From Candidatus Moanibacter sp. (GTDB lineage: Bacteria > Verrucomicrobiota > Verrucomicrobiia > Opitutales > UBA2987), in assembly GCA_965215885.1 (NCBI GenBank), contig CBDCEW010000081.1, forward strand, positions 12,527 to 76,526: 64,000 bases of DNA. The letters are read 5' to 3'. The translations under genes were made by a program, and so were the position numbers. Below the pieces are notes generated by a model, which was not told the origin of the DNA, did not search any database, and was given only the letters and a program-made list of their open reading frames with translations. Below, piece by piece: positions 27,383 through 36,699 of the stretch. The stretch's first letter is position 1, and the number at the start of each line of letters is the position of its first letter.

Positions 27383-28459
27383 ATGGGAATAGCGTTGGCG
27401 AGCGTGAATAGAGAGACTGAAGTAGGATTTGCTATTGTCGGGACAGGAAACATCTCCGGTATGCACGCTGACGCGATTTCCGGCGTGCCCGGCGCTGCGC
27501 TTCGCGCCGTGCATAATCGCGGGGAGAGCAAGGGGCGAAAATTTGCGGAAGAACAGAAGGTCGATTATGCTCCCTCCCTGGATGAGCTATTGAAACGCAA
27601 CGATATTGACGTGGTCTGCGTTGCGACGCCCAGCGGCGCCCATGCGGATGTCGCTATTCCCGCTCTCCGCAGTGGTAAACATGTGCTCTGCGAAAAGCCG
27701 TTGGAAGTGACCCTTGAAAAGACAGACAGGATGATTAAGGAGGCGAACGAGTCAGACCGAATTTTAGCGGCGATCTTCCAATCGAGGATGAATCCGCAGG
27801 CGAAGACTATCAAAGATGCCCTCTCTGAGGGTCGCTTTGGACGCCTGGCGTTGTGCAGCGCCTATATAAAATGGTGGCGCGACGACGCCTACTATCAAAG
27901 TGCGGACTGGCGGGGCACCTCGTCGTTGGACGGTGGCGGCGCGCTCATGAACCAGAGCATTCATTACGTGGATCTTCTGCAATGGCTCGTTGGTATGCCG
28001 GAGTCGGTTTCCGCCTACATTGCGACGCGAGCTCACGAAGGGCTCGAGGTTGAAGATGTCGCTTGCGCTAGTTTGCGTTTTGCAAATGGCGCATTGGGTG
28101 TCATTGAAGCGGCCACGGCGTGTTATCCGGGATACGAACGCAGAATTGAAATATGTGGTGACCGTGGGTCCGCTGTGCTGGAGGATAACAGTCTGGTTAA
28201 ATGGGAATTCGCGGAGAAGCGTCCGGAGGACGACGATATCCTTCAATCTCAGAGCGATTTGCAGCTGGGAGGCGGGACATCGGATCCTATGTCGATCAGC
28301 AGCGATGGTCACCGTCTGCAGATTCTCGATTTGGTCGGTGCAATCAGAGAGGGTCGCAAGCCGGCGATTCCGGGGGAAGAGGGTAGGAACGCTGTTCAGT
28401 TGGTCGAAGCCATTTATGAATCGGCGAGAACCGGGAGGGTTGTGGATCTCGAACTCTAA
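27383..28459 (+). CDS. Gfo/Idh/MocA family oxidoreductase
   Basis: VGTGNI, TPSGAH, GKHVLCEKP and DGGGALMNQSIH. Confidence 0.92.
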   Translation: MGIALASVNRETEVGFAIVGTGNISGMHADAISGVPGAALRAVHNRGESKGRKFAEEQKVDYAPSLDELLKRNDIDVVCVATPSGAHADVAIPALRSGKHVLCEKPLEVTLEKTDRMIKEANESDRILAAIFQSRMNPQAKTIKDALSEGRFGRLALCSAYIKWWRDDAYYQSADWRGTSSLDGGGALMNQSIHYVDLLQWLVGMPESVSAYIATRAHEGLEVEDVACASLRFANGALGVIEAATACYPGYERRIEICGDRGSAVLEDNSLVKWEFAEKRPEDDDILQSQSDLQLGGGTSDPMSISSDGHRLQILDLVGAIREGRKPAIPGEEGRNAVQLVEAIYESARTGRVVDLEL

Positions 28460-28506
28460 AATTCCAAAGCACATTTTCGGTTCAAACAGGTATGAATTTT
28501 GACTCG

Positions 28507-28594
28507 ACCCACCCCTAACCCCTCCCAGGAGGGGATCTTTACATTTTGGGGCTGGTTTATCAAGTTCCCCTCCTGGGAGGGGCAAGGGGTGGGT
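28507..28594. repeat. REP-like palindromic doublet, copy 2
   Basis: Matches 1934-2023; lies between convergent genes. Confidence 0.85.
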
Positions 28595-28643
28595 TTCTTC
28601 CAAGCCCGTTACAACCTTCACAAAACGTTAGTCAATCGCCACG

Positions 28644-29498
28644 CTACTTTCCAGTCCCGGGCACTGCGCCGGCAAACTTGCTGATCCATCCCTTTAGAGG
28701 GACGTCCTCCTCTTTCGGCGAGGTGTAGCCGAAACCTCCGGTTCCCGCACCGAGGAGCTGTTTCTGTATGGGGTCGCAGCGATCCATGAGGTGGGACACC
28801 GTCATGTTGTCCCTTGGTCGAAGCCAGCGGTAGCTGTAACCGTAAAACAGAACCTTGCGGGTCCGATGGGACCGATTCGGCGAGCCGGTGTGCCAGATTC
28901 TCCGATCAAAAAATACTGCCGTACCGGCGGGGACTTGAACCTGGATCGCGCCTTCCGGATCAGCGGGAGGGTCGGTCGGGATTTCCAGATTGTTCTTCAA
29001 GTGACTTCCCGGGACGACCGAGAAATTACCGCAATCCGGGGTGGTAGTATCGGTGAGGAAAAAGCCGATCTTGAGGGAAACACGCGGTCGTGGGTCGCCC
29101 TCCAATTCCACATTGAGACGCCCGCTGTCCTGATGCCAGTTGCCCACCCGGGGCGCAGGATCGTCACTAGCGGCCGTTTGAGGCGGTGTGACGATCAGGT
29201 GCGAGTGATAGAGCTGGATATTCCATCCCAGAATTCCCCAGACCTTCGGGAAGGTTTTCGGCCAGTCGAGAAGATCGAGGTAGGACTCTTCCCAGCCGAT
29301 GAAGTCCAACAAATTGACGCGATCATTTGGTCCCACTTTGTGCTCCGATCGATAACGATCACAAGTGGCGTCGACTGCGGCCGTCATCTTTTCGACCTTC
29401 TCAAGAGGGAGCGCTTCTCGGACGACAAAATAGCCCTCGTCTTCAAACTGAGTTCGTTCTTCCTCAGTCAGGCAATACTTTGTGCACTCGCTGTCCAT
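28644..29498 (-). CDS. PhyH family 2OG/Fe(II) dioxygenase
   Basis: WHQD, VPGSH, AGTAVFFDRRIWH and R..LFYGY. Confidence 0.9.
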   Translation of the reverse strand: MDSECTKYCLTEEERTQFEDEGYFVVREALPLEKVEKMTAAVDATCDRYRSEHKVGPNDRVNLLDFIGWEESYLDLLDWPKTFPKVWGILGWNIQLYHSHLIVTPPQTAASDDPAPRVGNWHQDSGRLNVELEGDPRPRVSLKIGFFLTDTTTPDCGNFSVVPGSHLKNNLEIPTDPPADPEGAIQVQVPAGTAVFFDRRIWHTGSPNRSHRTRKVLFYGYSYRWLRPRDNMTVSHLMDRCDPIQKQLLGAGTGGFGYTSPKEEDVPLKGWISKFAGAVPGTGK

Positions 29499-29583
29499 GG
29501 CTTTCGTTAAAATCCGCTTGGCGGAATCGCAATGAAAGTAGCGAGAGTATTTCGAAGCAAGAACGGATTGCTGCTTTCGAAAT

Positions 29584-29970
29584 TCACCAGACTACTGCGA
29601 CAGGATATTTTCGGAATACACTGTCAGGGGATACGATCCTGATTCCCTCTTCGATTGATTGGGCAATAAGCAATCTGTCGAATGGGTCCTGATGAACGAG
29701 ATCCAGTTCGCTTGTTCTGTAGACGTGAATTTTCTCAATTTTCAGTTCCTTGAGAAACCAGTGAGCTTGTTGCTCTTCAATCCATATTCGTGGAGGAGAG
29801 AGTAAAGACAGTTTACCGCTCCGCCATTTTACGCAGATTTCCCAAGCAGAGACGTCGCTCAGAAATATCTGGTTCTCCTCGTTGTCGATCGCCTCAGCGG
29901 CCGTTTTACTCAACCTGTTCGGTTCACCGGCGAGCCAGATGAAAGTACACGTGTCGAGTAGCAGATTCAA
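29584..29970 (-). CDS. vapC: VapC (PIN-domain) toxin
   Basis: LLLDTC, S.VSAWEI and HQDPFDRLLIAQ. Confidence 0.9.
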   Translation of the reverse strand: MNLLLDTCTFIWLAGEPNRLSKTAAEAIDNEENQIFLSDVSAWEICVKWRSGKLSLLSPPRIWIEEQQAHWFLKELKIEKIHVYRTSELDLVHQDPFDRLLIAQSIEEGIRIVSPDSVFRKYPVAVVW

Positions 29971-29971
29971 A

Positions 29972-30220
29972 TCAGTTAAGACCCCAATCCTCGAGTTCCT
30001 TGTCGCTCAATGGTTCGAAACAGTCCTTCGAGTAGGTTACCGTCCCACCCGTCAGTGTTCCAACTTTTGGTCGTCGGGGTTTTTCCTTCACTTTCTTCGC
30101 CGATACCAGCTTTGCGGCCGGTTCCTTACCGCGGCAGATGATAATCTCTTCTCCTCCTTCGACTTCCAATATCAGGCGCGAGAGATGGGTTTTTGCCTCA
30201 TGTGTCGTGACCGATTTCAT
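29972..30220 (-). CDS. Phd/YefM family antitoxin
   Basis: HEAKTHLSRLI..VE.GEEIII.RG.EP.AKLV. Confidence 0.9.
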   Translation of the reverse strand: MKSVTTHEAKTHLSRLILEVEGGEEIIICRGKEPAAKLVSAKKVKEKPRRPKVGTLTGGTVTYSKDCFEPLSDKELEDWGLN

Positions 30221-30240
30221 ATAAATGGTAAGAAGACCTC

Positions 30241-30269
30241 GAAACTAAACTTAGTCAAGACTTAGTTTC
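30241..30269. promoter_or_regulatory. Inverted repeat upstream of the TA operon, candidate autoregulatory operator
   Basis: GAAACTAA...TTAGTTTC about 20 bp upstream of the antitoxin start. Confidence 0.5.
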
Positions 30270-30404
30270 TAATGATCGGCTTATAGAATGAGGTTGGAAT
30301 GTAGGGTCTATGAAGTATTCCAGCCAATGGTTTGGCTTCGATTCCTTCGCTTTCAAGAATGCAGGCAATAGGGAGTATCGTGCCCATCATCTCTTCATTG
30401 TTAC

Positions 30405-32741
30405 TTATTCTTTAGCGATGGATCTATGCCCAACCAAGGATTTACCTGCGATTCCCTTGCCGTCAGAGGCGTAAGCAAGCGGGCATTTGGTGCCCATTTT
30501 TGTCTTTTGATCCTGCATCGTAATCTGTTCGATGGATCCGTGCCAGAAAGCAATGCGCTCCCGTTTCCAGGTGTAAGTGATTGCCATGCCGAGGGTAGTG
30601 GGAATGATCGTTGGATAGGAGAATTCACCGGGCTCGGTTTCAATATCGAGTCGGTATGGCCAGGTCTCTCCGTTGTTGAAGGATAGGGCAATGGACAGCG
30701 GTGTGCGCACCCCGCTTGTTTCGACGGGGTTGTGGACGAGAGCAAGAGCTCCGTCGTGGAGTTTTGCGATATCGATTCCGCTGTTGTTGTTCGGGAGGTC
30801 AGTTTCGTAAAGCGGTTCCCAGGATTTGCCACTGTCGGTGGAATCGCTCCTCCAGATTCTGCCGCTCGTCGTTCTCACGAGCATGTGAACGTGGCCCGGA
30901 TTCGATTCCCAGAGTGTCGGTTGAATGGCGCCCTTTCCCGAGCACTCGTCATGATTGAGAGCGATGAAATTGCCACGATTCCAAGTGGCGCCATCGTCGT
31001 TGCTCCGGTCCACGAATACCTCCCATTGGCCATCGATGGTCGTCGAATTGGGAGCGATCCAGGTCCTATCCTCCAGTATGATCGGTTTATTCTTGGAAGG
31101 TCCCGGGGTGATCGCCTCAAGGGGCGCCAACTCATTCGGCTCACTCCAATATGCCCCGTCGTCGTCGCTTGTCATAAACCACGTCCGCCATTTTCGGTGA
31201 GTCCCGAGCCCGACCTTGAAGTAGAGATGGACGTTGCCACTCGGCGTAGCGAATAGGACAGGATTCCAATGCGGTTCATTCTTCACTTTGGCCATCAATC
31301 GCGGCGCGCTCCAACGCCCTTGGTACCTCTCCGCCAGCCAGATACCGACGTCATTATCCCCCTCGCGCGTGCCCCCAAACCAGGCCGCAAGAATGCGGTT
31401 GTTGCGCAATTGGACGAGGGTTGAGGCGTGACATTGGGCAAAGGGACGATCGCAATCAAAGATGTGCTCTCGGATGAGAAGCAGTTTTCGTTGATAGTCG
31501 CCGTAGTAGGAGAGGTCGAGCGACTGCCCATTTGCTTCAATCGTCGATTGAAGTATCCGGATGTTGATTCCCGGCAGGTCGGTGTCGTCCTCAAGGCATT
31601 GTCTGACTGCCGTTCCCGCGCCATATCCCATTGCCTGCACAATGGCCATGACCCTGAATGAACTCATCGCCAGCTGTTCGGCCGACGCCCCGCGACCCGG
31701 AACGAGGACGTTCTTTGCCCCTTTTGGGATGAGGGCGCGAAGGGGTATATGATAGGGTTCCACATTGTCGAAAATGCCTTCTTTGGCGAAATGTTTCGTA
31801 TCGCTGCGGTGGTAGTCGAAGTGATAAGTATTGATGGCAATGGCATCGTCAAAAACGACGGCATGGTGGGCTTCCTCGTTCGTGAGAACGTGCTCTCCGA
31901 CAATCCTCCGTTCTTCCCTTACGCCGATCCCCCTGGAAACCGAAGCGAGAACGTGCCGGTCAAAAACCTGGCCGCGAAACCCTTGTGTCTGGAGGTAGTA
32001 GATCATCGCCACCATCCGCTGACGAGCGAAGATCTCGGCCTGTGAACGGCCGAATCCGTCGGCGGCGTCGAAACCCGTGATCTTCATCTTTACCTCGACC
32101 TTTCCACTTTCAAAAACGTGGGTGTCCATCAGCGGTGTCTCCTCGAGTTTTGTCCAGCGAGGCAGTCCCGGCGGTAGAAACGGCTTTACCGGTTTCCCGG
32201 AATCCCAGAGCGTGAAATAGAGGCTCATGGGAAGGTGTTTGTTGGCGGCCTCGGTGACGACGGGGTAACCCAGGATATGCGGCACTACACAGATGCCCGA
32301 TGCATCGATAACAAAGCGCGGCCGGCACTTGTAGAGTGTGCTGGCTGTCGAAATGGTGAGTTCCGTGACCTGTCCATCTACTTCATATGCATCGATGACG
32401 CGGGAGTGGAGAAGGATTTCAATGTTCCTTTCCAATACCATCTCCTGCAGAAAGTAGGCGCACCATTCCAGATCGTAAGCGCGGCGGTCATCATTTGGAT
32501 TGTAGTCACTGATAAAGTTGTGCTCCGACAAACGGTCGATCAATTCGCGAAACAGGTTATTCACCCGATTGGAGTCACCGCAAAATCCCGCTACACCGCC
32601 AGCAGTTCCCTGTCCACCGAGGACATTGCTCGGCTCGACGATGAGGACACGATTGTCATCAGTTTTGGCAGCCATCGCCGCCATTAAGCCAGACATACCG
32701 GCACCCACGACGACGAGATCATACTCCTCAGGTAGGGACAT
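30405..32741 (-). CDS. Fusion of FAD-dependent oxidoreductase and BNR/sialidase-fold domain
   Basis: N: VVGAGMSG, IDASG, GVREERRIVG, IPLRALIP. C: CHAST, AWFGGTREG, several Asp boxes, EFSYP. Confidence 0.85.
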   Translation of the reverse strand: MSLPEEYDLVVVGAGMSGLMAAMAAKTDDNRVLIVEPSNVLGGQGTAGGVAGFCGDSNRVNNLFRELIDRLSEHNFISDYNPNDDRRAYDLEWCAYFLQEMVLERNIEILLHSRVIDAYEVDGQVTELTISTASTLYKCRPRFVIDASGICVVPHILGYPVVTEAANKHLPMSLYFTLWDSGKPVKPFLPPGLPRWTKLEETPLMDTHVFESGKVEVKMKITGFDAADGFGRSQAEIFARQRMVAMIYYLQTQGFRGQVFDRHVLASVSRGIGVREERRIVGEHVLTNEEAHHAVVFDDAIAINTYHFDYHRSDTKHFAKEGIFDNVEPYHIPLRALIPKGAKNVLVPGRGASAEQLAMSSFRVMAIVQAMGYGAGTAVRQCLEDDTDLPGINIRILQSTIEANGQSLDLSYYGDYQRKLLLIREHIFDCDRPFAQCHASTLVQLRNNRILAAWFGGTREGDNDVGIWLAERYQGRWSAPRLMAKVKNEPHWNPVLFATPSGNVHLYFKVGLGTHRKWRTWFMTSDDDGAYWSEPNELAPLEAITPGPSKNKPIILEDRTWIAPNSTTIDGQWEVFVDRSNDDGATWNRGNFIALNHDECSGKGAIQPTLWESNPGHVHMLVRTTSGRIWRSDSTDSGKSWEPLYETDLPNNNSGIDIAKLHDGALALVHNPVETSGVRTPLSIALSFNNGETWPYRLDIETEPGEFSYPTIIPTTLGMAITYTWKRERIAFWHGSIEQITMQDQKTKMGTKCPLAYASDGKGIAGKSLVGHRSIAKE

Positions 32742-32789
32742 CGATCTCGATCTTCAGCTCACCGTCGCTACCCTTCAAGCATCAATTAC

Positions 32790-32835
32790 CTGGCTCGACC
32801 ACGTTCTTGTCCCGCCGAGCGGGACAAGAACGTGG
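32790..32835. repeat. Hairpin CCACGTTCTTGTCCCGC-CGA-GCGGGACAAGAACGTGG
   Basis: Long perfect stem visible directly. Confidence 0.7.
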
Positions 32836-32867
32836 GAGTTTTTCAGCAGAATCGGTTCCTCTATCTA

Positions 32868-34783
32868 GACCTTATCCGAAAAGCTACTGATTGGCCGCAA
32901 AGAGGCGCAAAAGGCGCAAGAAAAACTTGAGAAAAATCATTTTTTGGCTTGATAAAAAGTGTCGCAACATGCTAGTGTTTAACAACCTAAGATTAAGAAA
33001 GGAGTTAAACATGCCAACATGTGCGACAGAGGAGAACAAAAGCGATAAGACGCCCCTTAGCAACCTCATTCTGCCGGTTCCAGACACGGATTTCCGTGAT
33101 TTTCTGGATGAAGTTGAAGAATTGGCCGGGTTCGCGCCGCAAATCATCGAGGCGATCGAGAAGGATCTGGACGCCCATGCGCGTGAGAAGAAGAAACTTC
33201 GATTGGAAGATCGAAGGTTCTTTGAAGGGCGCACAGCGGAGCTGCCGGAGCTGGACATCGAGGAGGAGAATATTCTGGCTGCTGAATTGAATCTTGCGGC
33301 AGGCCGGCCGCGGATGCCGGCTTATGCGGTATACGTGTTCGTGATGATTCGTGGGTTTCTCGGTTCGTTGACCACGAAACCGGCACGGCGGTTTCTGCGC
33401 GAGTCGATGAGCTTGTACGGATTTCTTCAGAGGCGGGGACTGAGGATGCCGGCGGTGACGACGATTCTGGAGAACGTGAACCTGGTCAGCCATAGGACCC
33501 GCGAGCTGATCTTTGATAAACAGATTGGGTTTATCCTCCAGGAGCAATGGGACGATTTCGGGAAGCTGACGATCGACAGCACCTCGGTGAAAGCAAACAG
33601 CTGCTGGCCCACCGATGGGAGGATTCTGAGCGGTCTTTTGATGCGGGCCAATCGTTTGGGTCAGAAGTTGCATATATTCGGGCTGGAGGATTTTCGCAAA
33701 GGATGGGTTGGGCGTTGGCTGCAGGAGATGGACAAGCTGGAGTTTCAGATTTGTCTGGCCGCGGGCAAACCGAAGTCGAAGGGCAAGCTGAAGAAACACT
33801 ACCGGCGGTTGCTCAAGCGGGGCCGCAAGGCGGCCGACTCACTAACGGGGGAACTGAGCCATCTTGAAGAGGGCCTGTCGATGGATTCACTGCCTCCCAC
33901 TCGCCGGGAGCTTCTGGAGCGGGCATTGAGCCAGATCAGGGGCGATATTGCCGACGCCAAGCGGGTTGTTGAGTATGCTCATGATCGGGTGTTTCACGAA
34001 AAGAAGCTACCGTCCACACAGAAGGTCCTGAGCCTCTCGGACGGATCGGCGGCCTACATCAAGAAGGGCAGCCGCAATCCAGTGATCGGGTACAAGCCAC
34101 AACTGGTTCGCAGCGAAAACGGTTTTGTCACCAGCCTGATCGTACCGCAAGGCAACGCGGCAGACTCCATTGAGCTGGCGCCGGCCATCGGCGATTCGAT
34201 CAAGCGCACCGGTGTCATTGCTGAACTGGTCAGCACCGATGACGGATATGCTTCGGCGAAGGGACGCAAGGAGGTGCTGAGCATGGGGGTAAAGCAGATC
34301 AGTATCAGTGGGGCGAAGGGCAAGAAGTTGACCACCCCGAGGACTGGGAGAGCGAGGCGTATCGCGAGGCACGCCGCGATCGCTCCGCAGTGGAGTCGCT
34401 GATCTTCACGATTAAAGATGGATTTGCCTTTGGCGAACTCGGCCGCCGCGGCATCGATGCGGTAGGCGATGAACTGCTCGAGAAGGTTCTGGCCTACAAC
34501 TTCTGCCGCATCATACTGATGAAGAAACGCCGAGGGGAGGAACTGGAACAGGCAGCCTGAATCTGACCGCTTTGAAGCTCAGAGAAAAAAGCACCACGGG
34601 ATGAGTATGCCTCCAGACAGCGGCAAATATACGTATTGTGCAGCAAGCCACGCCGATGGCCGCTCAATACCTGCTCATCGGCAGCGCCGGCAGCCTAAAA
34701 CCCGAAACCTGCCAGCCATAGGCTGGTCCGCCCGTGGCGGAGAACCTTAAACCGCCCGCTCGAAAGGCTTTTCGAATGGGGTC
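32868..34783 (+). mobile_element. IS element (IS5/IS1182-like DDE)
   Basis: TIR GACCTTATCCGAAAAGC / GCTTTTCGAATGGGGTC; TATCTA on both sides (4-6 bp TSD depending on boundary). Confidence 0.82.
33011..34560 (+). pseudogene. Transposase with a frameshift near 34335
   Basis: IDST.V.AN..WPTD, LSLSD..A.YIKKG, STDDGY. The catalytic RSAVESL..K segment continues in another frame to a stop at 34560. Confidence 0.78.
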
Positions 34784-34903
34784 TATCTAACGAGCGGGCT
34801 AATTCTTTGCCGTTCGTGTGTCAGTCGATGTCTTCCTCTCGGAAAATTGACAACTGCGCGATACTCCAGAAGATATTCTCAGTTTCCGAGATACTGAGTA
34901 ACG

Positions 34904-35689
34904 ATGAAGTTTCGATCGATGACTACAGGCTCACCTCATTCCTTAAAGCCCGACGAATGCCTGCACTACCATGAGAATGGTGTGATTGGGCCCTATACAT
35001 TGTGTGAACCGGAAGAGATGGCTGCCTACAGGAATCGAATTGAGGAGGAAGTATTGGCGATTCAGCCGTCCTTCAAGTCACTCGGTGCCACTCCGAACAG
35101 CCCGCGTCACTATCGACATTTGGACTGCCGCGTTGTGAATGATCTATGCGCTCACCCCGCTATTGTCGATCGTCTCGCTTCCCTGTTTGGTCCGAATTTG
35201 CTTCTCTGGAGAACATCGATTCTCCTAAAGGAAACGGGGGCGGACGAAGGTTTGCGCTTCCCCTGGCACCAGGACGGTACTTACTTCAAGCTCGTTCCAG
35301 AAGCGAATGTATCGTTCTGGCTCGCGATCGATGAGGCGACCGAAGAAAATGGTTGCGTCCAACTGATTCCCGGAACCCATACATTCATTTTACCTGAAGT
35401 CTCCAGTGCAGATGATGATTTTCTCGGGAAAAAATCGGACATCAAAGGGATTGATACCTCAAATCCTATCAAGATGATTCTTCGGCCCGGTCAGTTCTTC
35501 ATCTTCAGTAACCGCACCCTGCATTCTTCCCAGGCGAACCTCTCGGGAAAGAGACGAATGAGCCTGGTCGGGCGGGTAGTGCCGACGATCGTTAAGGTGG
35601 ACCGTCCCTTTGAAAAGGAGGAGGGGGTTCTTCTGCTCTGCGGAAAGGACGAAATGGGTTTCAACCGCGTCGTCGATCCGCCGGCGTGA
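34904..35689 (+). CDS. PhyH family dioxygenase
   Basis: PWHQDG, W.AIDEAT.ENGC...PGTH and LHSS..N...RR. Confidence 0.9.
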   Translation: MKFRSMTTGSPHSLKPDECLHYHENGVIGPYTLCEPEEMAAYRNRIEEEVLAIQPSFKSLGATPNSPRHYRHLDCRVVNDLCAHPAIVDRLASLFGPNLLLWRTSILLKETGADEGLRFPWHQDGTYFKLVPEANVSFWLAIDEATEENGCVQLIPGTHTFILPEVSSADDDFLGKKSDIKGIDTSNPIKMILRPGQFFIFSNRTLHSSQANLSGKRRMSLVGRVVPTIVKVDRPFEKEEGVLLLCGKDEMGFNRVVDPPA

Positions 35690-35751
35690 GAGTTGGGAAT
35701 TTTCTCCAAGCAAGTGCATTGAAAGGTTTTGTTCTCTAGGAATCTATCGGC

Positions 35752-36606
35752 ATGCAGTTTGGAGTTAATGTGCCCAACTATGGGGTTCACGCATCTCTAG
35801 AGACGATGGTCCGGGTTGCTGAGGCAGCGGATGAACTGGGCTACGACATGCTCTGGGTGGCGGAACGCCTGGTGGTGCCCGATCCGGCGAACCAGGGTTG
35901 GAGCAAGAGGGATCCTACCGCTTATGAGCCTTTGGTCACTCTTGCCTTTCTGGCTTCGATGACGCGGAAAGTTAGGCTGGGAACGAACATTCTGATTGCG
36001 CCCTTTCGAAATCCTCTCGTGCTGGCGAGACAGGCGGCAAGCCTGGACAGGCTCTCAGGAGGACGTCTGATCCTCGGCCTGGGCCTGGGTTGGATGACAG
36101 AAGAGTTCCAAGCCGCCGGAATCGAATTCAAGGAGCGAGGCCTGCGCACCGATGAGACGATTGATCTTCTCCGGGAAGTATGGGAAAATCGTCGACCGAG
36201 TTATTCCGGACGGTTCGTTCAATTTCCACCCGTGCACTTCGAGCCAAAGCCGTTGCAAAAGAGGATCCCGATCTGGATCGGGGGTACGAGCGACGCTGCG
36301 CTCCGCAGAGTAGTGCGCCGGGGCGACGGCTGGACGCCCACCGGCTTGAGTTTGGAACAGCTGGAGGAAAGGATCTGTTTCATCAAGGAGGAAGCCCGGT
36401 GCCGGCAGCGCGGGGTTGAAGAGATTACTCTATGTTGCGGCTGTCCGTTCGAAGGCGATGGACGCGGCGTCGCAGCGATGCGGGAAGCGTTGGAGACTTA
36501 TCGGGGGCTCGGCATCAGTCACTTCCGGCCCGGCTTTAACTACGAAACCGTGGACGAATTGATCACGCAGATGCAAGTCTTTGCCGAAGAGTTCGTGCGA
36601 GCTTAA
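35752..36606 (+). CDS. LLM-class (luciferase-like, probably F420-dependent) oxidoreductase
   Basis: LGTNILIAPFRNPLVLARQAASLDRLSGGRLILGLGLGW, PIWIGG, GDGW. Confidence 0.88.
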   Translation: MQFGVNVPNYGVHASLETMVRVAEAADELGYDMLWVAERLVVPDPANQGWSKRDPTAYEPLVTLAFLASMTRKVRLGTNILIAPFRNPLVLARQAASLDRLSGGRLILGLGLGWMTEEFQAAGIEFKERGLRTDETIDLLREVWENRRPSYSGRFVQFPPVHFEPKPLQKRIPIWIGGTSDAALRRVVRRGDGWTPTGLSLEQLEERICFIKEEARCRQRGVEEITLCCGCPFEGDGRGVAAMREALETYRGLGISHFRPGFNYETVDELITQMQVFAEEFVRA

Positions 36607-36699
36607 TTTCTTCCGGTTTCTTGTGAAACCGGCTACATTGATTAACGATTTTCGATTCCAGAGTAGCCGGATTCGCAAGAATCCGGGCAGTCCACTTCA

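Noticed and set aside
32891..33010. Basic N-terminal extension of the transposase (MAAKRRKRRKK)
   Set aside because: Derives from a short GCGCAAA repeat inside the IS end; ATG 33011 has a good RBS (AAGGAG).
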